This document shows positions 8,294-16,913 of a DNA stretch of 64,000 bases, in pieces. The DNA lies in the NCBI GenBank assembly GCA_964474445.1, contig CAYYSJ010000007.1, forward strand, positions 3,112 to 67,111, written 5' to 3'. Both the position numbers and the translations under genes were made by a program. The first letter of the stretch is position 1. Every line of letters begins with the position of its first letter. The DNA comes from an uncultured Gammaproteobacteria bacterium. Lineage in GTDB: Bacteria > Patescibacteriota > Microgenomatia > Levybacterales > UBA12049. The notes under the pieces are model-generated. The model did not search any database, was not told the DNA's origin, and saw nothing but the letters and a program-made list of their open reading frames with translations.

Positions 8294-10528
8294 ATGCAAA
8301 AACTATCAATTATCATTCCTGTTTTTAATGAAGAGGGAAATATAGAAAAGCTTGTTAAACGAATTGACAAGACATGTAAAGCAGGAAAAATTCTCTATGA
8401 GATTATTTTTGTAGACGATCATTCTACCGATAACACAAGAGAAATAATCAAACTCCTCTCTCCATTCTTCCCTCTTTCACTCCATATGAAACAAAGTAGG
8501 CAAGGTAAATCATATTCGCTTCTTGAAGGATTTTCTTACACAAAGTATGACATCCTCTGCATGATTGATGCCGACTTACAATATGCACCAGAATATATTC
8601 CTGAAATGTTACAAAAAATTTCATTTGCTGATATTGTCATTGCTCATAGGGTAGAACAATCAGTACCTTTGTCTCGAAAACTCCTCAGTAACACACAACA
8701 TCTTCTTTTTAATAAATTGTTACATCATATCGACTATGATGTACAATCAGGACTAAAAATATTTAAAAAGGAAATCATAGAACGTATAACCCTTAATCCG
8801 AAGCCGTGGACATTTGATTTGGAATTCCTATTAAAAGCACAGAATGCAGGATATACAATAATATCCCATGATATTATTTTTCATAAAAGAGTCCATGGTG
8901 TATCAAAAATACATATTCTGAAAGATTCATGGCAGATAGGGCTTGCTGCAATACAATTGCGATTTGCAAAATCTTCTGTTATTCCTTTCGATCCAACAAC
9001 CGCGTTTAAAAACGGAAAAGGATTTCATTACAAGGGACGTACTTTTATTCATCATTCTGAACTTTCTGTTCAGGAGACTGCTTTTTTCCGACTTACTCCT
9101 TCCCAACAGCTCGTCATACTCTTTACTTTCCTTGCCATACTTATGAGTTTTCTTACTGATTGGCATTTCACTATTATTGCATTACTTGCAATACTCACAG
9201 TTTTTTATTTTACTGATCTCTTGTTTAGTTTATTTCTTGTCCTCAGAAATTTTCAAAAACAAACAGAGATTGAGGTGGAGGATACCTATCTTACTTCTCA
9301 CAGAGCATGGCCAATATATACAATATTCTGCCCTTTGTATCAAGAAACCACCGTTATTCCACAATTTGTAGAGGCAATACAAAAACTTGACTATCCAAAA
9401 GACAAATTGCAAGTAATGCTTCTTTTGGAAGAGGATGACCTAGAGACAATCAAAAAAGCTCGTTCTCTTTCTCTCCCATTCTATTTTGAAATTGTTGTTG
9501 TTCCTCACTCGCTCCCTAAAACAAAACCGAAAGCACTTAATTATGGTCTGTCTCTTGCAAAAGGAAATTATGTAGTTATTTTTGATGCTGAAGATATGCC
9601 AGATCCATTACAGCTAAAAAAGGTCGTCGTTGCATTTGAAAAAAGTGACAACGATATCGCCTGTATGCAAGCAAAACTCAATTTTTATAATCCTCATCAA
9701 AATTTATTAACAAGAATATTTACTGCAGAATATTCTTTATGGTTTGATCTAGTACTGACAGGATTACAATCTCTTGAAGCACCTATTCCCTTAGGGGGAA
9801 CATCAAATCATTTCCGAAGACGGGAGTTAAAAAATTTAAAAGGATGGGATTCTTTTAATGTCACTGAAGATTGTGATTTAGGTTTACGGCTTGCTAAACA
9901 AGGATTTAAAACTGCTTTGGTTAACTCAACAACTCTTGAGGAAGCAAACAGTGATATCAAGAATTGGTTTCATCAAAGAGGTCGCTGGATTAAAGGATAT
10001 ATTCAAAGTTATTTTGTTCACATTAGAAATCCAAAAGAGTTTCTCAAACAAGCATCCCTGAAGGACTTTATTTTATTCCAAATTGTTGTTGGGGGCAAAA
10101 TAATGTCATTATTTGTTAACCCTCTTCTCTGGGCAATCACTATTATTTACTTTGCTTTTAGATCACATGTAGGAAATCTTATTGAATCCTTCTTCCCAGC
10201 ACCAGTGTATTATATTGGCACTCTTTCTCTCATTTTTGGAAACTTTCTCTACATGTATTACTACATGATTGCAACAATCAAACGAAGCCATTTTAGCATT
10301 ACAAAATATGCTCTCCTTGTTCCCCTTTATTGGCTCTTCATGAGTATATCCGCCTGGGATGCACTTTATAAGATGATTGTTTCTCCTCATCACTGGGCAA
10401 AAACTGTTCATGGCCTACATCTCAAATCACCTGTTGTTGCACACATGAAAACAGTACAAGAAACGAATACATCATCTCAGAATACTATCCCAAGCTTTCC
10501 TCAAGATATACAACCTGCCTTATCATAA
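8294..10528 (+). CDS. Dual-domain family-2 glycosyltransferase (Dpm1-like polyprenyl-phosphate sugar synthase domain + processive QxxRW synthase domain, membrane-embedded)
   Basis: 744 aa. N-terminal GT2 'IIIPVFNEEGNI...IIFVDDHSTD'. Central TM segments. Second GT2 domain with 'VIFDAEDMPD', 'TEDCDLGLR' and the processive-synthase signature 'QRGRW', followed by C-terminal TM helices. Confidence 0.7.
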   Translation: MQKLSIIIPVFNEEGNIEKLVKRIDKTCKAGKILYEIIFVDDHSTDNTREIIKLLSPFFPLSLHMKQSRQGKSYSLLEGFSYTKYDILCMIDADLQYAPEYIPEMLQKISFADIVIAHRVEQSVPLSRKLLSNTQHLLFNKLLHHIDYDVQSGLKIFKKEIIERITLNPKPWTFDLEFLLKAQNAGYTIISHDIIFHKRVHGVSKIHILKDSWQIGLAAIQLRFAKSSVIPFDPTTAFKNGKGFHYKGRTFIHHSELSVQETAFFRLTPSQQLVILFTFLAILMSFLTDWHFTIIALLAILTVFYFTDLLFSLFLVLRNFQKQTEIEVEDTYLTSHRAWPIYTIFCPLYQETTVIPQFVEAIQKLDYPKDKLQVMLLLEEDDLETIKKARSLSLPFYFEIVVVPHSLPKTKPKALNYGLSLAKGNYVVIFDAEDMPDPLQLKKVVVAFEKSDNDIACMQAKLNFYNPHQNLLTRIFTAEYSLWFDLVLTGLQSLEAPIPLGGTSNHFRRRELKNLKGWDSFNVTEDCDLGLRLAKQGFKTALVNSTTLEEANSDIKNWFHQRGRWIKGYIQSYFVHIRNPKEFLKQASLKDFILFQIVVGGKIMSLFVNPLLWAITIIYFAFRSHVGNLIESFFPAPVYYIGTLSLIFGNFLYMYYYMIATIKRSHFSITKYALLVPLYWLFMSISAWDALYKMIVSPHHWAKTVHGLHLKSPVVAHMKTVQETNTSSQNTIPSFPQDIQPALS

Positions 10529-10534
10529 ATAATC

Positions 10535-12106
10535 ATGAAGAACAAAATATATAAACTATTATTGAAAAGAAAAGAGGAATTCCTTCTTATTTGCATTGCG
10601 TTCATTTTTGCAGTTGCTAGTAGTGTGTTCTTTTTTATCCAAGGCGATATTTTAGCCTATGGAGACGCTGAATCTCATATTAATATTGCTAAGCGTGTCG
10701 TTGACAGCCTCACACCAGGTCTTGCTCAATTGGGTGGTATCTGGCTGCCACTTCCGCATGTTCTGATGTTACCTTTTGTCTATTTTAATATTCTTTGGCG
10801 AACTGGAATTGCAGGATCGATCGTTGGCGGAATATGTTATATAGGCGCAGCTCTCTATTTGTATAAACTTACCTTTTTGTTAACAAAAAATAAAGCTGCT
10901 TCCTTGCTCTCCTTTTTTGTTTTCGTCCTTAATCCAAACGTCTTGTATCTACAATCTACTCCAATGAGTGAATTACCCTTGATTGCATTTTTTGTTCTTT
11001 CAACCTACTACTTTATCCATTTCATTCAGGACGATAAGAGACTTTTTTCACTTATTCTATCTGCATTTTTTGCGTTTTGTGCAAGCTTGTCTCGTTATGA
11101 TGGATGGTTTCTAGTTGGGTTTGAAACCATCGCTCTTTTTCTTTTTTACATCCCTAAAAAACTTTTTCAACAACTAGAAGGGAAAACTGTTTTATTCGTA
11201 ACGCTTGCATTTTTCGGAATAGTCCTTTGGTTACTGTGGGACTTTTTAATTCTTGGTGATCCCTTCTATTTTAGTAATAGTCCATTCTCGGCAAAATCGC
11301 AGCAACAAGCATGGTTTACACGGGGAGAGCTTCCTACCTATAAGCATATGTTTCTCTCATTTGCCTACTATTTTGTAACATCCTTACATAATATTGGTTT
11401 ACTCATTTTCATTCCTACATTAGTGGGATTTATAATTTTTTTATTTCATAAAAAATATTCAAATAAAATCATCATTGTACTACTCCTTACTGTTCCTTTT
11501 ATTTTTTATTGGACGACGCTGTATTTAGGACAATCTGTTATCTTCATTCCAGACTTAACACCAACAACGTTTCATTGGAGGCTATTTAATGTGAGATATG
11601 GTGTTATGATGGTACCGTTTGCTGCGATTTTCTTAGGATATTTATTCACAAAAAAAATACGTCTTTTACAAGGCTTCCTCGTTGTCTGTTTGTTGCTCCA
11701 ATCATTACTTTTCTTTACGGGAAAAGATTCTATCATTTCATTGGAAGACGGAGTTTCTGGTTTATCAGCTGCAAAAAAAGTTGATGCTAGTTTATGGATG
11801 GAGCGTCATTATGATAGAGGTCTTATCCTTTTAGATGATTATGCGAGGACACTCAGTGTTATCAAAAGTGGGCTGCCTATTGAAGACGTTATTTATATCG
11901 GAAATAAACCCTATTGGGAAAATACATTACGAGAACCTGAGAAATATGCAACATGGATTGTTTTGCAAAAAGATGATGCTGTATGGAAAAAACTCTATCA
12001 AGATACAAACCAACGTGGCAGACTATTTAAATACTTCCAAAAAGTGTACACCTCTCCTGAAATTCTTATTTTCAAACGTAATCCTTCCATTGTTGCTTCT
12101 CGCTAA
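10535..12106 (+). CDS. GT-C fold membrane glycosyltransferase (PMT/ArnT-like, GT39/GT83 family)
   Basis: 523 aa polytopic membrane protein with an N-terminal 'YGDAESH' loop motif typical of dolichyl/undecaprenyl-phosphate-sugar dependent GT-C enzymes. The start codon overlaps the upstream GT2 stop region. Confidence 0.6.
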   Translation: MKNKIYKLLLKRKEEFLLICIAFIFAVASSVFFFIQGDILAYGDAESHINIAKRVVDSLTPGLAQLGGIWLPLPHVLMLPFVYFNILWRTGIAGSIVGGICYIGAALYLYKLTFLLTKNKAASLLSFFVFVLNPNVLYLQSTPMSELPLIAFFVLSTYYFIHFIQDDKRLFSLILSAFFAFCASLSRYDGWFLVGFETIALFLFYIPKKLFQQLEGKTVLFVTLAFFGIVLWLLWDFLILGDPFYFSNSPFSAKSQQQAWFTRGELPTYKHMFLSFAYYFVTSLHNIGLLIFIPTLVGFIIFLFHKKYSNKIIIVLLLTVPFIFYWTTLYLGQSVIFIPDLTPTTFHWRLFNVRYGVMMVPFAAIFLGYLFTKKIRLLQGFLVVCLLLQSLLFFTGKDSIISLEDGVSGLSAAKKVDASLWMERHYDRGLILLDDYARTLSVIKSGLPIEDVIYIGNKPYWENTLREPEKYATWIVLQKDDAVWKKLYQDTNQRGRLFKYFQKVYTSPEILIFKRNPSIVASR

Positions 12107-12227
12107 ACTAAACACTATCCAGTTACATGGATAAAACTCGACAACCTATCTTGCTCAACTATTACAGACTCTTACACGAAGTCTTAAACATACAAATTAG
12201 AGTAAAAGAAGAGAGGAGGTGTCTTGT

Positions 12228-12380
12228 ATGCTTAAGTCATCTATTATTATCATGAGTATCCTTGTATTTGCGCTTCTTATTATGCAAGGAGTTCGTGCAC
12301 AATCGCCATCAACAACAAATAATCCAACACCGACAAGAATGGTACCAAGTGGTGCTCCTTCTACAGGATTTGGAGACTAA
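12228..12380 (+). CDS. Small secreted peptide (50 aa) with signal peptide; hypothetical
   Basis: Absent from the ORF track because it is under 60 aa. Strong SD 'GAGGAGGTG' lies 7 nt upstream of the ATG. Sequence MLKSSIIIMSILVFALLIMQGVRA|QSPSTTNNPTPTRMVPSGAPSTGFGD. Sits immediately upstream of the sortase gene. Confidence 0.35.
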   Translation: MLKSSIIIMSILVFALLIMQGVRAQSPSTTNNPTPTRMVPSGAPSTGFGD

Positions 12381-12395
12381 CACAATTTGCTTTAT

Positions 12396-12437
12396 GGGAG
12401 AGAATGATGTAGAGTAATTACTCACTTACTCTCTCCC
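12396..12437 (+). terminator. Long nested hairpin (attenuator/terminator-like) between small peptide gene and sortase
   Basis: GGGAGAGA...TCTCTCCC outer 8-bp stem enclosing the perfect palindrome GAGTAATTACTC, followed by TTTATT. Confidence 0.4.
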
Positions 12438-12443
12438 TTTATT

Positions 12444-13013
12444 ATGAAAAAGTGGATTATTGTCGTAGTATTTTTCATCATTCTATTGATTAGTTCCATT
12501 TTTTATTATAAGTCACAAAAAACTACTTTCTCATTTAACTCACAATTTTCTCCTACACCCATAAAAGAAATCGTTGGCATTCCAATACTCCTCACCATTC
12601 CACGATTTCACATAAGCGTAAAAATAGAATCCGTGGGACTAGATAGTAAAAACAGAATGGATATACCAAAAGATTTTACCAATGTCGCCTGGTATAATTT
12701 GGGGTTTAAACCAGGGGAAAAAGGAAGTGCAGTTATTGATGGACATGTAGATACACCAACAGGAGCACCTGCTGTCTTTGCACAAATTTCTACTCTTCAA
12801 AAAGGTGACATTATTTCAATTCAAGACTCGTCTAGTAAAACACATTCCTTCACTGTAACAAATGTTATTACCTATCCTTATAACCAACTACCTCTTCAAA
12901 CTATTTTTAATAGTATAGATAAACCACGACTTAACTTGATAACATGTGCGGGAATCTGGGATAGCGTGAATAAAAACTATTCAGAAAGAACTGTTGTCTT
13001 TGCAGAAGAGTAA
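12444..13013 (+). CDS. Sortase family transpeptidase
   Basis: 189 aa. N-terminal membrane anchor, catalytic His in 'VIDGHVDT', Cys in 'LNLITCAG' (TLxTC motif), and C-terminal Arg in 'ERTVVFAEE'. Confidence 0.8.
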   Translation: MKKWIIVVVFFIILLISSIFYYKSQKTTFSFNSQFSPTPIKEIVGIPILLTIPRFHISVKIESVGLDSKNRMDIPKDFTNVAWYNLGFKPGEKGSAVIDGHVDTPTGAPAVFAQISTLQKGDIISIQDSSSKTHSFTVTNVITYPYNQLPLQTIFNSIDKPRLNLITCAGIWDSVNKNYSERTVVFAEE

Positions 13014-13020
13014 ACTTATT

Positions 13021-14031
13021 TTATTGTTCTATTGCTACATTGCTTACCACTTTGTTTGTCATATTCTTTTTGAGAACAGTAATCATCATAAGAATTACCA
13101 GGCTTACCAGCACTACGACAAATATTTCTAAAACATAAAACTTCCTTAGTCTTGTTGATTCCAAAAAATCTAATACAATGTAGTGAATAAAAAATAATGA
13201 GTAGGAATTTTTGCTAATGTGCTGTAAAAATTTTTGAATACTTTGAGGAAAAGAGAGCGAAGAAAAGAGTGAACTAAAAAACATCGTACAAACGATTCCA
13301 AATGAAAGATAATATAGCGTTGGTGGATATTTATTATCGTAAAAAAGAAGTGATTTATGAAAAAAGGTATAAAAAATATATATTCCACTAAAAATACCTA
13401 CACAGAAAAGAAAAAGTATTCTTTTATAAACCTCTCTTTGTTTTGAATAATACAAGCCAAGGAGAAAAATTAATGACCAAGGAATCCACATAACATATCG
13501 ATATAAGACATATGGAAAGGTGAAAATTGTAAAGAAACTTGTTATACAAAGAGCAAACAATATGTATAACCAAAGATATTTTACTCTTTGCAAGAAAAAC
13601 AAGAGTGGAGTAAGCACTGTTAATTCAATAAAAATAAGAGGCAGCCAATTCGTATTGGTACCACTAAACAGTGTTAATGACATAAGAAAAAACGTTATGT
13701 TTTTTTGCAGGCCAAAATGGGTGAAAAATCTAGGGAAAACAAAAAAAAGTGAAAAATGAATAACGAAATATACAAGAAATGGTAGGTACAATCGTCCTAA
13801 CCGTTTCTTATACCAAGAATAAATAGCTTGTGTATTCACAAAAGCGCTTTCATAATGAGCGGCTACAAGTCCTGAACAAAAAATAAATGCAACAACAACA
13901 AATTGCAATATATTCCAGAAAAATATAGTGGTTGTACTCGTTAGATGAAATGAAAGTGTATGAATGATCACGACTCCAAGAAGAGAAAAGGCACGAAGAG
14001 TATCAACAAATGCTATTCTATTTTTGTTCAT
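13021..14031 (-). CDS. Acyltransferase family 3 (OafA/YrhL-like membrane O-acyltransferase)
   Basis: 336 aa polytopic membrane protein. N-terminus 'IAFVDTLRAFSLLGVVIIH' is characteristic of the acyltransferase_3 family. Confidence 0.7.
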   Translation of the reverse strand: MNKNRIAFVDTLRAFSLLGVVIIHTLSFHLTSTTTIFFWNILQFVVVAFIFCSGLVAAHYESAFVNTQAIYSWYKKRLGRLYLPFLVYFVIHFSLFFVFPRFFTHFGLQKNITFFLMSLTLFSGTNTNWLPLIFIELTVLTPLLFFLQRVKYLWLYILFALCITSFFTIFTFPYVLYRYVMWIPWSLIFLLGLYYSKQREVYKRILFLFCVGIFSGIYIFYTFFHKSLLFYDNKYPPTLYYLSFGIVCTMFFSSLFSSLSFPQSIQKFLQHISKNSYSLFFIHYIVLDFLESTRLRKFYVLEIFVVVLVSLVILMMITVLKKNMTNKVVSNVAIEQ

Positions 14032-15223
14032 AAAATTTCTTCCCTTTTAGTTTATCAGGAAGAAATGATTTCTGATCAACAGGTCCAACATACTCTTCAC
14101 TCCACGTGTAATTCTTCCCATATCCAATCTCTTTCATAAACTTTGTAGGAGCATTGCGAAGATGAAGTGGGACAGGCTCTATTGGATACGCAAAAACTGC
14201 TTCTTGAGCCTTCCCTAATGCATTTGCAACAGCTCGAGATTTGGGAGCTCGTGCTAAATAAATGGTTATATGAGAAAGAATTAATTTTGCCTCAGGCATG
14301 CCGATTTTGTCAACAGCTTCAAAAGCCGAGTTTGCCTGAATAAGTGCTCCTCTATCTGCCATACCGATATCTTCTGATGCAAAGATAATCATGCGCCGAG
14401 CAATAAATGTCGGATCTTCTCCATTCTCAAGCATTCGGAGTAAATAATATAATGCAGCATCAGTATCAGATCCTCGAAGCGATTTGATGTATGCGCTAAT
14501 CAGGTTGTAATGTTCCTCTCCTTTTTTGTCATATAATGTGTTTGCTCTTTTTTGAAAAATTTCTTCAATAATGTTTTTTGTAATCTCTTTCTCTCTATAC
14601 CCTGTTACAGCAATTTCAAGTCCATTAAGAACAACTCTTCCATCTCCTCCTGCAAAAAGAATAAGGGCACCAATAGCATCTTCTTGGATTGTTTTTTTGT
14701 ATTTGCCTAGACCATACTCACCATTTGTCAGTGCTTTTTGAATCAATTTCTCCAAATCCTTTTTTTCTAGTTGCTGTAAGACAAATACCCGACACCTGGA
14801 CAAAAGAGCACTGTTAATCTCAAAAGAGGGATTTTCAGTTGTTGCCCCAATAAGAGTGATGAGGCCATTTTCAACAAAAGGAAGTAACACATCCTGCTGT
14901 GCTTTATTCCAACGGTGCACTTCATCTATAAATAGTATTGTCTTCTTCCCATCACTTTTGTTCTTTTCTGCCTGCTTTACAATTTGTTTGAGATCTTCTT
15001 TTCCAGCAGTAACACCAGAAAGTTGATAGAATTCTGAATGCGTTGCTTGAGCGATGATGTAGGCAAGCGTTGTTTTTCCAACACCTGGAGGACCCCAGAA
15101 GATCATTGAAAAAAGCTGATCTGATTCAATAAGGCTTCTGATAATTTTCCCTTTACCAACGAGATGCTCTTGGCCAATAAAATCATCAAGCGATTGAGGA
15201 CGCATTCGATATGCTAGATTCAT
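14018..15223 (-). CDS. rarA: Replication-associated recombination protein A (AAA+ ATPase)
   Basis: 401 aa. Walker A 'GPPGVGKTTLA', Walker B 'ILFIDEVHR', MgsA C-terminal helical domain. Confidence 0.9.
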   Translation of the reverse strand: MNLAYRMRPQSLDDFIGQEHLVGKGKIIRSLIESDQLFSMIFWGPPGVGKTTLAYIIAQATHSEFYQLSGVTAGKEDLKQIVKQAEKNKSDGKKTILFIDEVHRWNKAQQDVLLPFVENGLITLIGATTENPSFEINSALLSRCRVFVLQQLEKKDLEKLIQKALTNGEYGLGKYKKTIQEDAIGALILFAGGDGRVVLNGLEIAVTGYREKEITKNIIEEIFQKRANTLYDKKGEEHYNLISAYIKSLRGSDTDAALYYLLRMLENGEDPTFIARRMIIFASEDIGMADRGALIQANSAFEAVDKIGMPEAKLILSHITIYLARAPKSRAVANALGKAQEAVFAYPIEPVPLHLRNAPTKFMKEIGYGKNYTWSEEYVGPVDQKSFLPDKLKGKKFYEQK

Positions 15224-16706
15224 GAAGGTATTGTAACATACCTTGTTGTGATGCAGAATGTTCTAACTCATCTCGTAAGAAATATGCTGCATGGAGGTAT
15301 GATATTTTTTGCTTGTAAGTTGAACATGTCCATCCAAATCCTCCTTGCTTTTTATAGTGGAAAAAATTTTGTCCATTAACACTATTTTCTTCTGTAATAG
15401 TATCTGTTGTTCCAGTTACACCATTGTATTTTTCAGGGAAGTTTTTATCTATTTCAAAAATATTTGTGAGTGTCTCTATAGAATCCTCCATAATTTTGAT
15501 TGCAGTATTCAAGAAAAGCAAACGATCTTCTTTAGGTAAGGTTTCATTAGCGGATGCATCTAATATCCCTTTAATTGCCATAAATTCAATAGGAGGAAAT
15601 ACATATGGAGCATCCCATTGCTTAGGCTTTAGCATTTTTTGAACAGCTTTTAAATTTCTCCTCATAACCCCGATTTCTTCAAATGATTTATTTTCTACAG
15701 GAGGCTGTAGAGATTCTTGCGCATCAACAATAAGCCCGTGCCCTTTATCAAATTTAGGCAAGTGAGCCAACATTCTTTTTAATTGTTCAGGCGTTGCAAG
15801 ACCAGACCATGCAGTAGCAAAAGCTGCAAGTGAATAAAAATCATCACGTTCTTTCTCTACATAATTAAAATCAAAGAAAAATCCTTTCTCGTCATCCCAC
15901 ATTAACTCATTTATTCTTTGTTTTCTCTTTTCTGCTTCCTGATTCCAATATTTTGCTTCCTCTACATTTCCAGTTATTTCAGCAGCCTTAGCAAAATCCA
16001 TTTCGTATTTATAAAGAAAACAGTTGAGATCAATAGGCAGATATTCTTCTGCTCTTCCAGCAAAACGGGATGTAAAATCCCACCCTGATTCTCGCTCAGC
16101 ATTCCAACCATACCCAGTATCTCTATCTCCATAACGAGATAAACCATATTCATCCACATAATGATGATATCTTCCAATGCCTTCTTCACCATCAGATCTA
16201 TTTGTCCAAACTAAAGAATATTCTTTTTTAGCTTCTTCTATTGCAGTCTGTAACCATTCTTTCTCTGCTGGTGTATCTTTATCAGGAATTGCTTGATATG
16301 TTTCCATAATCATTGATGAAAGAAGTGGAGCCTGAGAGCTAATCAGGAACGATTCAAGAGAAGCATTTGGAATAATATGATGATCATCCAATTCTTTACA
16401 GAGTGCTGCAATTGTAGACTTTGCTATATCAATATCATTCGGCGTATTAAGATTACCTTGCATCATAAAGTAACTATCCCAATAGAAAAGCAAAGGGAAT
16501 CTTTCTGTATTAGGAATGCGAAACCGTCTATCACCCAAACCAATTGCGCCTATTTCTGGAATATAGGCAGGCTGAGTACGAACAGTTTTTGCAGTAAATT
16601 CATCTACATAAGCAAGTGCATGTTGAATTCGAGGCGAATGCAAATCAAGCTTAGGGCGCCTTGTTAATTCTCTCCCACTAATTCTTTCTATTACCATAAG
16701 ATACAA
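15186..16706 (-). CDS. Trehalase-like glycoside hydrolase (GH37-type (alpha/alpha)6 barrel)
   Basis: 506 aa. 'LLFYWDSYF' resembles trehalase signature 1 (ExYxWDxY) and 'KQWDAPYVFPP' resembles signature 2 (QWDxPxxWxP). Overlaps the rarA start by 38 nt, so the true start may be internal. Confidence 0.5.
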   Translation of the reverse strand: MYLMVIERISGRELTRRPKLDLHSPRIQHALAYVDEFTAKTVRTQPAYIPEIGAIGLGDRRFRIPNTERFPLLFYWDSYFMMQGNLNTPNDIDIAKSTIAALCKELDDHHIIPNASLESFLISSQAPLLSSMIMETYQAIPDKDTPAEKEWLQTAIEEAKKEYSLVWTNRSDGEEGIGRYHHYVDEYGLSRYGDRDTGYGWNAERESGWDFTSRFAGRAEEYLPIDLNCFLYKYEMDFAKAAEITGNVEEAKYWNQEAEKRKQRINELMWDDEKGFFFDFNYVEKERDDFYSLAAFATAWSGLATPEQLKRMLAHLPKFDKGHGLIVDAQESLQPPVENKSFEEIGVMRRNLKAVQKMLKPKQWDAPYVFPPIEFMAIKGILDASANETLPKEDRLLFLNTAIKIMEDSIETLTNIFEIDKNFPEKYNGVTGTTDTITEENSVNGQNFFHYKKQGGFGWTCSTYKQKISYLHAAYFLRDELEHSASQQGMLQYLHESSISNASSIA

Positions 16707-16913
16707 AAAACAAGCATATTCCTATGCTTATTGTGTTACTTGACACAAAGCTGACAGAAATTGTACCTGCAAGCCTGTAGTTTTACAATGTATATCAGAT
16801 ACGTATTGCCATTGTGTATGAGAAACGGTATTAAATGCTGACCTGTCTAGTTGATGTCAAGTAGGCTGCACTCTGCCGCTGTACCATAACCATTACTAGT
16901 ACAGAACACATAT

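Noticed and set aside
8050-8328. Plus-strand 92-aa ORF upstream of the dual GT2 gene, and other short ORFs (731..979, 2059..2381, 11835..12134, 21608..22167 and similar)
   Set aside because: These are low-complexity AT-rich translations overlapping or antisense to well-supported genes, with no recognisable motifs or RBS.
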